Shown here piece after piece: positions 51,262 through 60,736 of a stretch of DNA of 64,000 nucleotides. The notes below the pieces were generated by a model that was not told the origin of the DNA, did not search any database, and saw only the letters and a program-made list of their open reading frames with translations. Origin of the DNA: an uncultured Eubacteriales bacterium (lineage in GTDB: Bacteria; Bacillota; Clostridia; Christensenellales; CAG-138); contig CADCMN010000014.1 of NCBI GenBank assembly GCA_902802575.1, forward strand, positions 3,793 to 67,792. The letters are read 5' to 3'. Both the position numbers and the translations under genes were made by a program. Every line of letters begins with the position of its first letter. Positions within the stretch are counted from its first letter, which is position 1.

Positions 51262-52500
51262 TTACCGATCCAGGCCCCTGAGGTATTCCACCGCCGCCTG
51301 CAGCTGGGTGTCGCTCTCATAGGGGATGGACGGAATGGAGTAGTAGGTCACATCCTCGGGCAGCTCCACGATGTGATCCGGGGTGATGCCCGTGTCCTGG
51401 ATGCATACGTCGTTGGGCGTATAATAGGCGTCGGTGGTGAACTTGATGGTGCCGTCCCGGCCGAAGTTGATGTCGAAATAGGTCTGGACGATGCCCTTGC
51501 CGTAGGTGACGGTGCCGAACAGCACCGCTACGCCGTTGTCCTTCAGGGCGCCGGAAAGGAGCTCGCTGGCGGAGGCGGAATAGCCGTTGACCAGCATGGC
51601 GACGGGCAGATCCAATCCGTCGGAATGGGTTTTGAAGACCGTCTCCTTATTGACGCGGCTCTTGACGGTGGTGATGACGCGGCCCTTGGGCAGGAAGAGA
51701 TCGGCGATGTCGCACACGTCGTTGAGGGAACCGCCCAGATCGTCCCGCACGTCCAGTACCAGGGCTTTCATGCCTTGGCCTTTGAGATCCTCCAAAGCGT
51801 CCTTCACCTCCCGGACCACCTGGCCGTGGAAGGCGGAGATGTAGATGTAGCCGATGGAGGAATCCAGCATCTTATAGGTGACATAGGGGGAATACACCTG
51901 GCGCATGACGACGGTGAAGGTCAGCTCCTGGCCGTCCCGCAGCACCACCACGGTGTTCTCATCCCCTTCCTCGTGGGTGAGATAATTCAAAAACGTCTGC
52001 AGGTCTTTTCCTTCCGCCGATTCCCCGTTGGCTTGGATCAGCTGGTCGCCCACCTGGATGCCCGCCTCCTGGGCAGGCGTGTTGTCATAGACCGCGGTGA
52101 TAATAAAGACGCCCTCGCCTTGCTCGGACACCAGCACGCCCATGCCGATGAAGTTGCCGGAGTTGCTGGAAAGGAGGCTGTCGTATTCCTCTTTGGTGTA
52201 ATACTCGGCATATTTATCCCCCATGTAGGAGGAAAGGCCCTTCAGAGCGCCGGTGACAATGCTCTGCTGGGTCTTGTCGTCGAAGAAGTAGTAATTCTTC
52301 TTCACCAGCTCAATGGCCTCTGACACGGGCTCTAGCTCGCTGAACCGACGCACATAGTACAGGGAGGTGAAGAGCACGGCAAACGTGGCCGACAAAACGG
52401 CGCACAGCAAACAGAGCCACAGGCTGACGCGGGCGACTCTCCTTTTCTTTTTTCTGGGTTCCGCAGAATAGGGTTCAAACGAAAAACTGGTCTCTTCCAT
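51262..52500 (-). CDS. ctpA: S41 carboxyl-terminal processing protease (CtpA-like)
   Basis: N-terminal TM, PDZ, LDVRDDLGG, SASASEL, TYGKGIVQ, GITPD. Confidence 0.9.
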   Translation of the reverse strand: MEETSFSFEPYSAEPRKKKRRVARVSLWLCLLCAVLSATFAVLFTSLYYVRRFSELEPVSEAIELVKKNYYFFDDKTQQSIVTGALKGLSSYMGDKYAEYYTKEEYDSLLSSNSGNFIGMGVLVSEQGEGVFIITAVYDNTPAQEAGIQVGDQLIQANGESAEGKDLQTFLNYLTHEEGDENTVVVLRDGQELTFTVVMRQVYSPYVTYKMLDSSIGYIYISAFHGQVVREVKDALEDLKGQGMKALVLDVRDDLGGSLNDVCDIADLFLPKGRVITTVKSRVNKETVFKTHSDGLDLPVAMLVNGYSASASELLSGALKDNGVAVLFGTVTYGKGIVQTYFDINFGRDGTIKFTTDAYYTPNDVCIQDTGITPDHIVELPEDVTYYSIPSIPYESDTQLQAAVEYLRGLDR

Positions 52501-52512
52501 GAATACAACAGG

Positions 52513-52926
52513 TCACGCCATTATAAATGGACGCATGAAATCCGGCAAAGAATCCTCACCCTTGCTGACAGAAAGGATGACATGGAGAGCATGCTGCTGG
52601 GAGAGGGCCTCCAGCTGCTCGAAGAAGGACCCCAGTTCAGAAAGATCCGCACGGATCACATTTTCAAACCGGTCCACAAACACATATTCCAAATCGAAAT
52701 CCGACGCGCACAGGCCGCACAAAAAGCCCAGGAACATATCGGGATCGTTGAGCGCATAGTCCGTCACGTTGATGAAGCGGATGCTGTATCCCAAATCGTA
52801 CATGTAGCTGTTGTCGTCGTCGATGAACACCATGCTGCCTTTTGCCTGATCGGAAATGCCGTTGGCCAGAGAGATGATCCTCTTGGTCTTTCCGGTTCCC
52901 TTTTCTCCACAGATGATCTCGATCAA
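52513..52926 (-). CDS. Small conserved clostridial P-loop protein
   Basis: GEKGTGKT Walker A, IRFINV, FLGFLCG...DFD...FVD. AAGGAGG RBS. Confidence 0.75.
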   Translation of the reverse strand: MIEIICGEKGTGKTKRIISLANGISDQAKGSMVFIDDDNSYMYDLGYSIRFINVTDYALNDPDMFLGFLCGLCASDFDLEYVFVDRFENVIRADLSELGSFFEQLEALSQQHALHVILSVSKGEDSLPDFMRPFIMA

Positions 52927-53014
52927 TTCATACGCCTCCTTCGATGGTATAGTAGTATTGTACGCTGAAACGACTTTTTTTGCAAGCAGAGAAACGCTAT
53001 CCTGCCAAAATGAT

Positions 53015-54574
53015 TCACTTCTTTGCTTCCTTCTGTTCGTGATAGCTCTGCTCCGTGTTCACTCGCCAGAGAGCGGCCTTGTCGCCGCCGCCCCGCTCCA
53101 GGATCTCCACGGCGGCAAAAGCCGTGGCCATGGAATGATCCATGTTGTTATAGCGGTGCTGCCCGTTGCGGCCGATGCAGTACAGGTTTTCGAACCCGTC
53201 CAAAAAGCGGACGATCCTGTCCATATGGGCATAGCCGTCGAAATAGGCGGGATAGGCCTTCTTCACCCGCTCGACGTGGGCGTCCAGAATAGCATCGGCC
53301 CGAGCGATGCCGATCCTTTCGATCTCCCCCTTGCCCAGTTCGATCAGCTCCCCCTCCGTCTTGGACCAGAGCCCATCGCCCTCGTCGCAGAAATATTCAA
53401 GGCCGATCCACACGGTGTTCTTCGGGTCCTTCACCATGTAGGGGGACCAGTTGTTGAAGATCTGGACCCGCCCCAGCTTCACGTCCTTGTCCTGGACATA
53501 GATCCAGCAGTCGGGGACCCGGTTATTCACGGTCCGGCGCTTGGTGTCGTTCTGTATCAGCAGATCCTTTGCCAGCAATCCCACGGTGATGAAGTCCCGA
53601 TAGGGTAGGGTGTTTGCGGCTTCAAGCACGTCTGCGGGAACCACCGTCCCCACCAAGCCGCCGATGAGCTCCCGCACGGGCATGGCGGAAAGGACGGCGT
53701 CCGCTTCGAGGCGCTTCTCCTCCCCCCCTTCCCTATAGCGGACGGCGGCGATCCGGCCGTTCTCCGCTTCCAATGCGGTGACGGGGCAATTCATCTTGAT
53801 CTCGCCGCCCAACGCCTTTACTTCCTCCGCCGCCAGTTCCCATAGCTGGCCGGGGCCCAGCTTGGGATAGTAAAACCGCTCGATGAGGGAGGTCTCCACC
53901 TCCCCCTTTGTCCCCAGGAGCTTGCGGAAGATGTCCTTCAGGATGGCGCGGATGGAGAGCCCCTTCACCCGCTGGGCGCCCCAATCCGCAGAGATCTTGG
54001 ACGGGTGGCGGCCCCACACCTTCTCGGTGTAGCTCTCAAAGAACATGCTGTACAGCACCCGGCCGAAGCGGTTGATGTAAAAGTTTTCCAGCGAGGTCTC
54101 GGGGAGCTTATGGACGCAGGAGAAGAGATAGCTGAATCCCGCCTTCATGGTGGTGAAGAAGCCCATGCTGCGGATGGTGGACCACTTCATGGAGATGGGG
54201 TAATCGAAGAAATGATGCTGGAAGTAGATGCGGCTCACCCTGTCGCGGATCAGCATGACCCGGTCCGTCTCCTCCGGGTCCGGGCCGGCCGGAGCGTAGT
54301 CCTTCTCCGCGTTCAGGAGCCTGTCGTCCCAGGCCGGGGCGCCCTGCAGGGGCATACGCTCGGCCCACCACCGGTTCACCCGCTCGTCCTTGCTGAAAAA
54401 CCGGTGGCCGCCGATGTCCATGCGGTTCCCCCGGTAGCGGACGGTCTGAGAGATGCCGCCGATACGGTCCGTGGCTTCCAGCACGGTGACGGTATGTCCC
54501 TTTTTCAACAGCTCTATGGCGGCGGTGAGGCCCGCGGGACCGGCGCCGATGATGACGTTTTTCTTTGCTTCCAT
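53015..54574 (-). CDS. NAD(P)/FAD-dependent oxidoreductase, UDP-galactopyranose mutase (eukaryotic-type)-like
   Basis: GAGPAGL dinucleotide motif, [36 protein letters not shown]. Confidence 0.8.
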   Translation of the reverse strand: MEAKKNVIIGAGPAGLTAAIELLKKGHTVTVLEATDRIGGISQTVRYRGNRMDIGGHRFFSKDERVNRWWAERMPLQGAPAWDDRLLNAEKDYAPAGPDPEETDRVMLIRDRVSRIYFQHHFFDYPISMKWSTIRSMGFFTTMKAGFSYLFSCVHKLPETSLENFYINRFGRVLYSMFFESYTEKVWGRHPSKISADWGAQRVKGLSIRAILKDIFRKLLGTKGEVETSLIERFYYPKLGPGQLWELAAEEVKALGGEIKMNCPVTALEAENGRIAAVRYREGGEEKRLEADAVLSAMPVRELIGGLVGTVVPADVLEAANTLPYRDFITVGLLAKDLLIQNDTKRRTVNNRVPDCWIYVQDKDVKLGRVQIFNNWSPYMVKDPKNTVWIGLEYFCDEGDGLWSKTEGELIELGKGEIERIGIARADAILDAHVERVKKAYPAYFDGYAHMDRIVRFLDGFENLYCIGRNGQHRYNNMDHSMATAFAAVEILERGGGDKAALWRVNTEQSYHEQKEAKK

Positions 54575-54580
54575 GTTTGT

Positions 54581-54609
54581 ATCATACCCGCAAAAAAACG
54601 GACCGTCAA
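54581..54609 (-). promoter_or_regulatory. Sigma-A promoter giving a predicted leaderless mRNA; overlaps the cob operon terminator
   Basis: TTGACG-17bp-TATGAT-6bp-ATG with no SD. Confidence 0.65.
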
Positions 54610-54663
54610 GCGGCGCTCCGTTTCTTTACCGTTCGTTTGCTTTCTTGCCGAAATGCAGCGGTC

Positions 54664-55629
54664 TTAGGCCATCCCCAGGGCCTTGAGCTGGGCTTTGAGC
54701 ATGGCCTCATGCTCCGCCCGGGAGCGGGAGATGAACTCGAAGGTGAGATACTCCGGGTCGATCCATTCGATGAATTCACGAACGCCGGGACAGGTGAAGG
54801 GCAAGTGCCGGTCTGAGGCGAAGGCGTGGGTATAGACCTGTTCCATGCGCTTTTGGGGGTCTGCCGAGAGCACGGGCGGGCGGGCGGCCACCGACGCCAT
54901 ATAGTCGCCGGTCAGGGATTGGTGCAAGTGGATGCCCCGGATGGCTTTACGGACCTCCTCCCCCTGCTCTTGGATGCAGCGATACAGATACCCGAGGGCC
55001 TCCTCCTGGGTGCGCAGGGAAAGATCCGTATGCATGAGGTGCCCCGTGTCCAGCATGATCCCCTTGTTTTGGTAGCGAACGTCTGCCAAAAGTTGGCGCG
55101 TCACGGCCGGCTCTGTCAGCATGAGACCCGGATGCCAGAGGTTTTCCATGAGCAAAACCAGGTCCCCGTCTGGTTCGGGGAACAACGTATTCAGCAGGTC
55201 CGCGGCAGCCGCGGCCACCGCCTGGCTGGTATGGCGATAGCGCAGGGTGAACAGCTCCTCGTCCGCGCAGTCGGAGACGTGAAAGACCACATACTCCGCG
55301 CCCTCGACCCTGGCTCTTTCAATGTCCCGGCGGTAGGCCTCTGCCAGGGCTTCCGGCGTGTCGCCGCCGTAGAGGGCGCGGACTGCGTCAAGGCCGCCCA
55401 GCTGTTTGCAGCAAGCGTCAAGATCGCCGGTGTAAAAATCGTACCAATAGGGAAAGAAACAGAGGTGCACGCCCACGATCTTCTCCGGGAGAACGACGCC
55501 GCGAACATCCTCGCCGCAGTGCATGAGCTCCAGGCCGTCAAAGTCCCGAAGGGCGGACAGCAGATCGGCCCTATCCCGGTAGCGGTCCAGATCGTCGCTG
55601 TAGGTGGTCAAATTGAAGGTGCGCTTCAT
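54664..55629 (-). CDS. cbiR: AP endonuclease 2/TIM-barrel protein, probable cobamide-remodelling phosphodiesterase CbiR
   Basis: VVFHV, MENLWHPG, LDTGH, IHLHQS, DRH, TFEF metal-site pattern. Last gene of the B12 riboswitch operon, ATGA-coupled to cobC. Confidence 0.65.
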   Translation of the reverse strand: MKRTFNLTTYSDDLDRYRDRADLLSALRDFDGLELMHCGEDVRGVVLPEKIVGVHLCFFPYWYDFYTGDLDACCKQLGGLDAVRALYGGDTPEALAEAYRRDIERARVEGAEYVVFHVSDCADEELFTLRYRHTSQAVAAAAADLLNTLFPEPDGDLVLLMENLWHPGLMLTEPAVTRQLLADVRYQNKGIMLDTGHLMHTDLSLRTQEEALGYLYRCIQEQGEEVRKAIRGIHLHQSLTGDYMASVAARPPVLSADPQKRMEQVYTHAFASDRHLPFTCPGVREFIEWIDPEYLTFEFISRSRAEHEAMLKAQLKALGMA

Positions 55630-56225
55630 GGGATCACGCGCTCCAGGTGGCGCACGTCGGTGAGGGTGAGGCCCTCCGCGTCCAGGCTCACCCGGCAGCA
55701 ATAGCCATGACAGTTCTGCAAAAGCCAGCTGTAGTAGGGGGCTTCGGGCCGGGCGAAGCGGTGCATGATGGACATGATGGCGCCGCCGTGGATGACAAAA
55801 TACAGACGCTCCTGCCCCGCCGCCTGGGCCTGCTCCACCTCCCGCCCAAAGGCGGCGCACACCCGATGCTGGAAGACCATGGTGGCGTCCCCGTGAGGGC
55901 AGGGCCCCATGCATTGGGTCTGCTCCACCCAATACCGATAGTCGGGATCGTCGGCCATCTCCTGGGCGGACCGGCCCTCGAAATCGCCGAAGGTCATCTC
56001 CCTTAGGCCGGTGCAGATGCGCTGTTCGGCCTTTGGGAACAGGATGGCGGCGGTCATCTGGGTGCGCCGAAGGGGCGATACCAAAACCTCCCGCACCGCA
56101 GGATCGCTGCCTGCGGCCCGGGCCGTCTCCATGCCCAGGGGACACAGGGGCTCATCGGTGCTGCCCACATACCGGCCGGCGGCATTGCGCGCCGTTTGGC
56201 CATGGCGAAAAAGATACACCAACAT
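55626..56225 (-). CDS. cobC: Histidine phosphatase (alpha-ribazole/adenosylcobamide phosphatase)
   Basis: RHG, SPLRR..TA, LREMTFGDFEG, HGG, in cob operon. Confidence 0.8.
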   Translation of the reverse strand: MLVYLFRHGQTARNAAGRYVGSTDEPLCPLGMETARAAGSDPAVREVLVSPLRRTQMTAAILFPKAEQRICTGLREMTFGDFEGRSAQEMADDPDYRYWVEQTQCMGPCPHGDATMVFQHRVCAAFGREVEQAQAAGQERLYFVIHGGAIMSIMHRFARPEAPYYSWLLQNCHGYCCRVSLDAEGLTLTDVRHLERVIP

Positions 56226-56227
56226 GC

Positions 56228-56575
56228 TCACTCACCCTTTATAACGATGGGGATGCCCGCCACCAGGCGGATCACCTTCTCCGAGCGAGCGGCCAGCTGG
56301 ACGCACAGGCGGCCCGTGGCTTCCCGGGCCTGCCGCTGCTCATAGCGGATAGGGATGACGCCCGAGCCAACCTCACAGCAGGCCACGGCTTCCTTTTGCA
56401 GCAATTCCGGCAGCATGGATTGGACCCTCTCCGGGTCCGCCGCCACCAGCTTTTCCAGACCGTACAGGACCTTTCTGTCGTCCAGCACGCCGTCGGCAAT
56501 ATCCTCGGACGCATAGCCCAGGGATTCGAGATAGGTTCGTTTTCCGGAGGCAGCGCCTCCCAGTATCAGGATCAT
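56228..56575 (-). CDS. Short CobU/CobP-like P-loop protein (115 aa)
   Basis: ILGGAASGK, EVGSGVIP...REATGR...LVAGIP. ATGA-coupled to cobS. Confidence 0.75.
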   Translation of the reverse strand: MILILGGAASGKRTYLESLGYASEDIADGVLDDRKVLYGLEKLVAADPERVQSMLPELLQKEAVACCEVGSGVIPIRYEQRQAREATGRLCVQLAARSEKVIRLVAGIPIVIKGE

Positions 56576-57339
56576 AAAACAGCCCCTATCCTTTCTGTCA
56601 ATACCATGAGGGCCAGCATGACCAGCTCCGCCGCCTGCAGCTGGAACCCGGCGATATCCCCGGACATGCCCTCGAATTGCTTCATGGCCATGCGGCGCAC
56701 CAGGAGCAGCATCAGGATCGCTCCCAGGGCCATGATACCGCCTATCAGCGGATCTATCGCCACGAGATACGCAGCGGACAGGACCACCCACAGGATGGCC
56801 ATGATCCCGACTTTTTTGTCCGCCGCCTGGCGGAAGTAATTCAGCGTCCCCTCCCCCGGCCGCACGGGCAGCAGCGTCCCGGACACGGCGGAGAGGCTCC
56901 GGCTCATGACGTGCATGGGGATCATGAACCTGAAGGCTGCGGGGCCAAGATTATACCACAGGCCAAAGTAGGCCAGCAGATAGCATCCGAGGCCGATGGC
57001 GGCGAAGGCGCCAACGTGGGGGTCCTTCAAAATGGCCCGTTTTTTCTCCGGCGACGCGTGGCTCTTGAGGGCATCCACCGTGTCCATGAAGCCGTCCAGA
57101 TGAATGCCGCCGGTGAGCAGGATGGGGATCAGGGTGAAGCCTGCGGCTCTGAGGGCTTGGCCAAGTCCCAGCAGATCCACCAGCACTGCCCACAGCCATT
57201 CCGCCGCGCCGATGGCCACGCCCACGAAGGGCAGGCAAACCAGCATATAGCGGATCTTCTCCTTCTCCCAAGGCACCTGGGGCGCGGGAAGGGCGGAGAA
57301 CATGGAGAAGGCGGCAAAGAGAGAGTAGATGAAGTTCAT
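56572..57339 (-). CDS. cobS: Adenosylcobinamide-GDP ribazoletransferase (cobamide synthase)
   Basis: LTGGIHLDGFMDTVD, ILKDPHVGAFA, GMSGDIAG, multi-TM. Confidence 0.93.
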   Translation of the reverse strand: MNFIYSLFAAFSMFSALPAPQVPWEKEKIRYMLVCLPFVGVAIGAAEWLWAVLVDLLGLGQALRAAGFTLIPILLTGGIHLDGFMDTVDALKSHASPEKKRAILKDPHVGAFAAIGLGCYLLAYFGLWYNLGPAAFRFMIPMHVMSRSLSAVSGTLLPVRPGEGTLNYFRQAADKKVGIMAILWVVLSAAYLVAIDPLIGGIMALGAILMLLLVRRMAMKQFEGMSGDIAGFQLQAAELVMLALMVLTERIGAVL

Positions 57340-57860
57340 GCCGTATCTCCTTTCAAACAGAGGGGGATGCCCGCCACCAGCTCATAGACCCGGTCCGCCA
57401 TGGCGGCCACCCGAGCGTTGATCCGGCCCAGATATCGGATATAGGCGCGGGTCTCCTCAGAATAGTCTTCGTTGTCGCTGCCCACGTCGTTGGTGATGAC
57501 GATCAGGGTGTCCGTCTGCCGCATGAGATTCTTCACCCCTGCCAACGCCTTTTCTACCGGATCCACGGGCATATCTGGATGTATATACATCTCATTGGCG
57601 GTGAGGTTGCATAAACATTCCAGCAGGGCCGTGCCGCCGGTCTCGGGCAGCTCCAAGGTGTCCACACCCGTATACCGCTCGACGGTCTCGAAGCCTTTAC
57701 CCGCCCGAAGGTCCCTGTGGCGAGCGATCTTTTTCAGGCATTCCTCATCATAGGGCTGCATGGCGGCAATATAATATAGTGGTTTCGGCCCAGATACCGC
57801 CAGTTTTTCTCCGTATGAGCTTTTGCCGCAGGCGGAACCGCCGGTGAGCAGGATCAGCAT
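57336..57860 (-). CDS. cobU: Bifunctional adenosylcobinamide kinase/guanylyltransferase
   Basis: TGGSACGKS, IARH..R, LLECL.NL.AN, ITNDVG, LG.IN..A, VAGIP. Confidence 0.9.
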   Translation of the reverse strand: MLILLTGGSACGKSSYGEKLAVSGPKPLYYIAAMQPYDEECLKKIARHRDLRAGKGFETVERYTGVDTLELPETGGTALLECLCNLTANEMYIHPDMPVDPVEKALAGVKNLMRQTDTLIVITNDVGSDNEDYSEETRAYIRYLGRINARVAAMADRVYELVAGIPLCLKGDTA

Positions 57861-58924
57861 CCCTTCCCTCCCTGGGGCGTGTAGGCGTCGATGCCCACCG
57901 CGTCGAAGGTGGCATGGCCCCCGTACACCGCCAGCGCCATATCCAGCATGGGCAACAGGCATACGCCGCCCGTTCCCTCGCCGAGACGCATATTAGCAAA
58001 AATAATCGGATATTTATTCAACACCATCAGCACGCGCTTGGCCGCCGGCTCGTCGGAACAATGGCTGGGCAGCATGGCGATATCGCATCCGGGACACAGC
58101 CGCTGGGCCATCATGGCCGCCACAGCGCTGATGAATCCATCGATGACGACGGGCACGCCGTGGACCGCGCCGCCGATGAACAGGCCGATCATGCCGCAGA
58201 TGTCCAGCCCCCCCAACTTGCTGAGCACGTCCAAAGGATCCCGGGGATCGGGCTTGTTCACGGTGATGGCTCGCTCGATGGCCCAGATCTTCCGGTGCAG
58301 GCCGCTGTCGCTGAGGCCGGCGCCCCGGCCGGTGACCGTATCCGCCGGCAGATTCAGCATAGCCGCCACCAACGCGCTGGAGGTGGTGGTGTTGCCGATG
58401 CCCATCTCCCCGGACACCAGGAGCCGGTAGCCCTGCGTTTTCAATTCTTTGACCAGGTCCACGCCCGCTGATATGGCCTGCATGGCCTGTTCCCGGGTCA
58501 TGGCGGGCCGACGGGCCATATCCTCTGTGCCGTCCATGACGCGCCTGTCCAGCACGCCCGCCACCCGCCGCGCCATGCCAAAGTCCACGGGGATCACGTC
58601 TGCATGGGCCGCCTTGGCCATCTTGCATACGGAGGAATTCATTTTGACCATTTCCTCGGCCATCCGCGCGGTAACTTCCTGGCCGGTCTGGGTCACTCCC
58701 TCCCGGACCACGCCGTTGTCCGCACAGCAGACCGCCACCGCCCTTTTGGAGATATCCACAGCCGGATCCCCCGTCAGCGCGGCGATATCCATGACCATAC
58801 GTTCAAGGGTGCCCAAGCTCCCCAAGGGCTTGGCAATGCTGTCCCATTGGCGTTGGGCTGCCGCCCGTGCCTCCAGATCAGGCGTATGCAGGCTGTTTTG
58901 CCATTGCTGCAACCGTTCTTCCAT
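57854..58924 (-). CDS. cobT: Nicotinate-nucleotide--dimethylbenzimidazole phosphoribosyltransferase
   Basis: KPLGSLGTLE, ADNGVV.EGV, GEMGIGNTTTS, IDGFI, SH.S.EP, MRLGEGTG. Confidence 0.95.
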   Translation of the reverse strand: MEERLQQWQNSLHTPDLEARAAAQRQWDSIAKPLGSLGTLERMVMDIAALTGDPAVDISKRAVAVCCADNGVVREGVTQTGQEVTARMAEEMVKMNSSVCKMAKAAHADVIPVDFGMARRVAGVLDRRVMDGTEDMARRPAMTREQAMQAISAGVDLVKELKTQGYRLLVSGEMGIGNTTTSSALVAAMLNLPADTVTGRGAGLSDSGLHRKIWAIERAITVNKPDPRDPLDVLSKLGGLDICGMIGLFIGGAVHGVPVVIDGFISAVAAMMAQRLCPGCDIAMLPSHCSDEPAAKRVLMVLNKYPIIFANMRLGEGTGGVCLLPMLDMALAVYGGHATFDAVGIDAYTPQGGKGC

Positions 58925-58926
58925 GG

Positions 58927-59685
58927 CTATGTCTCCTTCCATTGGGCCAACATTTGGGTCATCCAGTCCCGCACGTCCATATGGTACACCCGGTTCAGCA
59001 CATCGTCGGAGAAGACCTTCGACATGGTCCCGTCAACCACCACCTGTCCTTTGTCCAGCAGCATGGCCCGGGTGCCGTAGGCCCGCGCCAATGACAGATC
59101 ATGGACCACAGAGATCACCGCCCGATCCTTTTGCTTCAGCCAATCCCGTATCAGCTCAAAGACCTGCTTCTGGTACACTAAGTCCAGATGGTTGGTGGGC
59201 TCGTCCAGCAGCAGGAGCTTGGGATCCTGGGCAAAGGTCTGCGCTAAAAAAGTCCGCTGCAGCTCGCCGCCGGACAGGGTCAGCACGCTCTGGCGCCGCT
59301 GTTCATAGAGGCCCGTCTTCTCCAGCGCCGCCCGCACCGCCTGTTCCTCCCCGCTGTGACGGGAGAAAATGGTGGGCGCATAGGCATAGCGGCCCAGGCG
59401 GACCACCTCCTCCACGGTGAACGCATAGCCCATATAGTGGCTTTGGGAAAGGACGCCGACGCCCCGGGACAGCTCGCGCGCTTTCATGGTCCGAACGTCC
59501 TTCCCCTCAAAGAATACGCGGCCCTTAGCGGCCACACTGCCGGTGATGGCGTTGATCAGAGTGGATTTTCCGGCTCCGTTAGGCCCAACGATCATGAGCC
59601 ACTCCCCCGTCATGAGCTCGAAGGATACGTTGTTCAATATGGTCCGATCCCCATAGGAGACGGTCAACTGTTCCACTTTCAGCAT
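58927..59685 (-). CDS. btuD: Cobamide ABC transporter ATP-binding protein
   Basis: GPNGAGKSTL, LSGGELQR, LLDEPTNHLD, VHDL. Confidence 0.85.
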   Translation of the reverse strand: MLKVEQLTVSYGDRTILNNVSFELMTGEWLMIVGPNGAGKSTLINAITGSVAAKGRVFFEGKDVRTMKARELSRGVGVLSQSHYMGYAFTVEEVVRLGRYAYAPTIFSRHSGEEQAVRAALEKTGLYEQRRQSVLTLSGGELQRTFLAQTFAQDPKLLLLDEPTNHLDLVYQKQVFELIRDWLKQKDRAVISVVHDLSLARAYGTRAMLLDKGQVVVDGTMSKVFSDDVLNRVYHMDVRDWMTQMLAQWKET

Positions 59686-59689
59686 GTTA

Positions 59690-60724
59690 TCACCGTCCCT
59701 TTCGAGAGGACCCGTAGATGTACACGAAGGCAATCGCCCCGATGATGGAGGTGACCACGCCGATGGGCAGCTCCTTGGGATTCAGCAGCGTTCGGGCGAT
59801 CAGATCGGAGAGCATCAGGAAGACGCCGCCGGCGAAGAGCGACGCCGGCAGCAGGCGCTTATGATTGGGGCCTACCAGCAGCCGCACCATGTGGGGCGTC
59901 ACCAGCCCCACGAAGCCGATGGTCCCGCCGATGGACACGCACACCCCGATGAGACCGGAAACGGCGATGAGGAGGATGAGCTTCACGCGCCGCACGTTCA
60001 CCCCCACATGCCGGGCATTCTCCTCCCCCACGGCAAAGGCGTTGAGTTCTCGGGCGTGCCACAGTATCACGCCGCCGAAGAGGACCAGCGCGCCGAGCAG
60101 CACCAGCACGTTTCGATAGTTGGTCCCCTGCAGGCTTCCCATGGTCCAGAAGGTGATGGATCGAAGCTTCTCCCCGGAAAAGGTGATGACGATGCTCATG
60201 ATGCTGGAAGCGAACATGGAAAAGATGACGCCGATCAGAATGATGGTATTGGTGGACAGGGAGAAATCCAGCCGGTAGGCGAGTCCCAAGATGATGAGCA
60301 GCGAACAAAAAGCGAACACCATGGCCATGACCATGGTGCCCGCAAAAGGCATACCGGGTATGGTGACGCCAAAAGCGATGGCGACGACCGCTCCCAGGGA
60401 GGCGCCGGAGGATACGCCCAGGGTGGACCCGTCCGCCAGGGGGTTTTTCAGCAGCCCCTGCATGGCGCCGCCGCAGAGGGAGAGGCTGGCCCCCACCAGC
60501 ATAACGGCCAGGACCCTCGGAAGCCTGGAGGTAAGCAGAATAGCCGGCGCAGTGCCTTCCATCTGAGGCAGGCCCCAGACGCCCCGCCAGATCACGGAAA
60601 CCGTGGTTCTAAAAGGGATGCTGACGCTGCCGACGCAGACCGAGAGGAGCAGCGTCAACACCGCTGCCGCCGCAAAGAGCATATATTCCCAACCGTGAAA
60701 TCGCTCGCTGTTCCTCTCATTCAT
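59690..60724 (-). CDS. btuC: Cobamide ABC transporter permease (FecCD/BtuC family)
   Basis: RLPR, QGLLKNPLA, LGVSSGA, FWTMGSL, IGFVGLVTPH, LPIGVVT. Confidence 0.87.
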   Translation of the reverse strand: MNERNSERFHGWEYMLFAAAAVLTLLLSVCVGSVSIPFRTTVSVIWRGVWGLPQMEGTAPAILLTSRLPRVLAVMLVGASLSLCGGAMQGLLKNPLADGSTLGVSSGASLGAVVAIAFGVTIPGMPFAGTMVMAMVFAFCSLLIILGLAYRLDFSLSTNTIILIGVIFSMFASSIMSIVITFSGEKLRSITFWTMGSLQGTNYRNVLVLLGALVLFGGVILWHARELNAFAVGEENARHVGVNVRRVKLILLIAVSGLIGVCVSIGGTIGFVGLVTPHMVRLLVGPNHKRLLPASLFAGGVFLMLSDLIARTLLNPKELPIGVVTSIIGAIAFVYIYGSSRKGR

Positions 60725-60736
60725 GATGCTGTTTGA

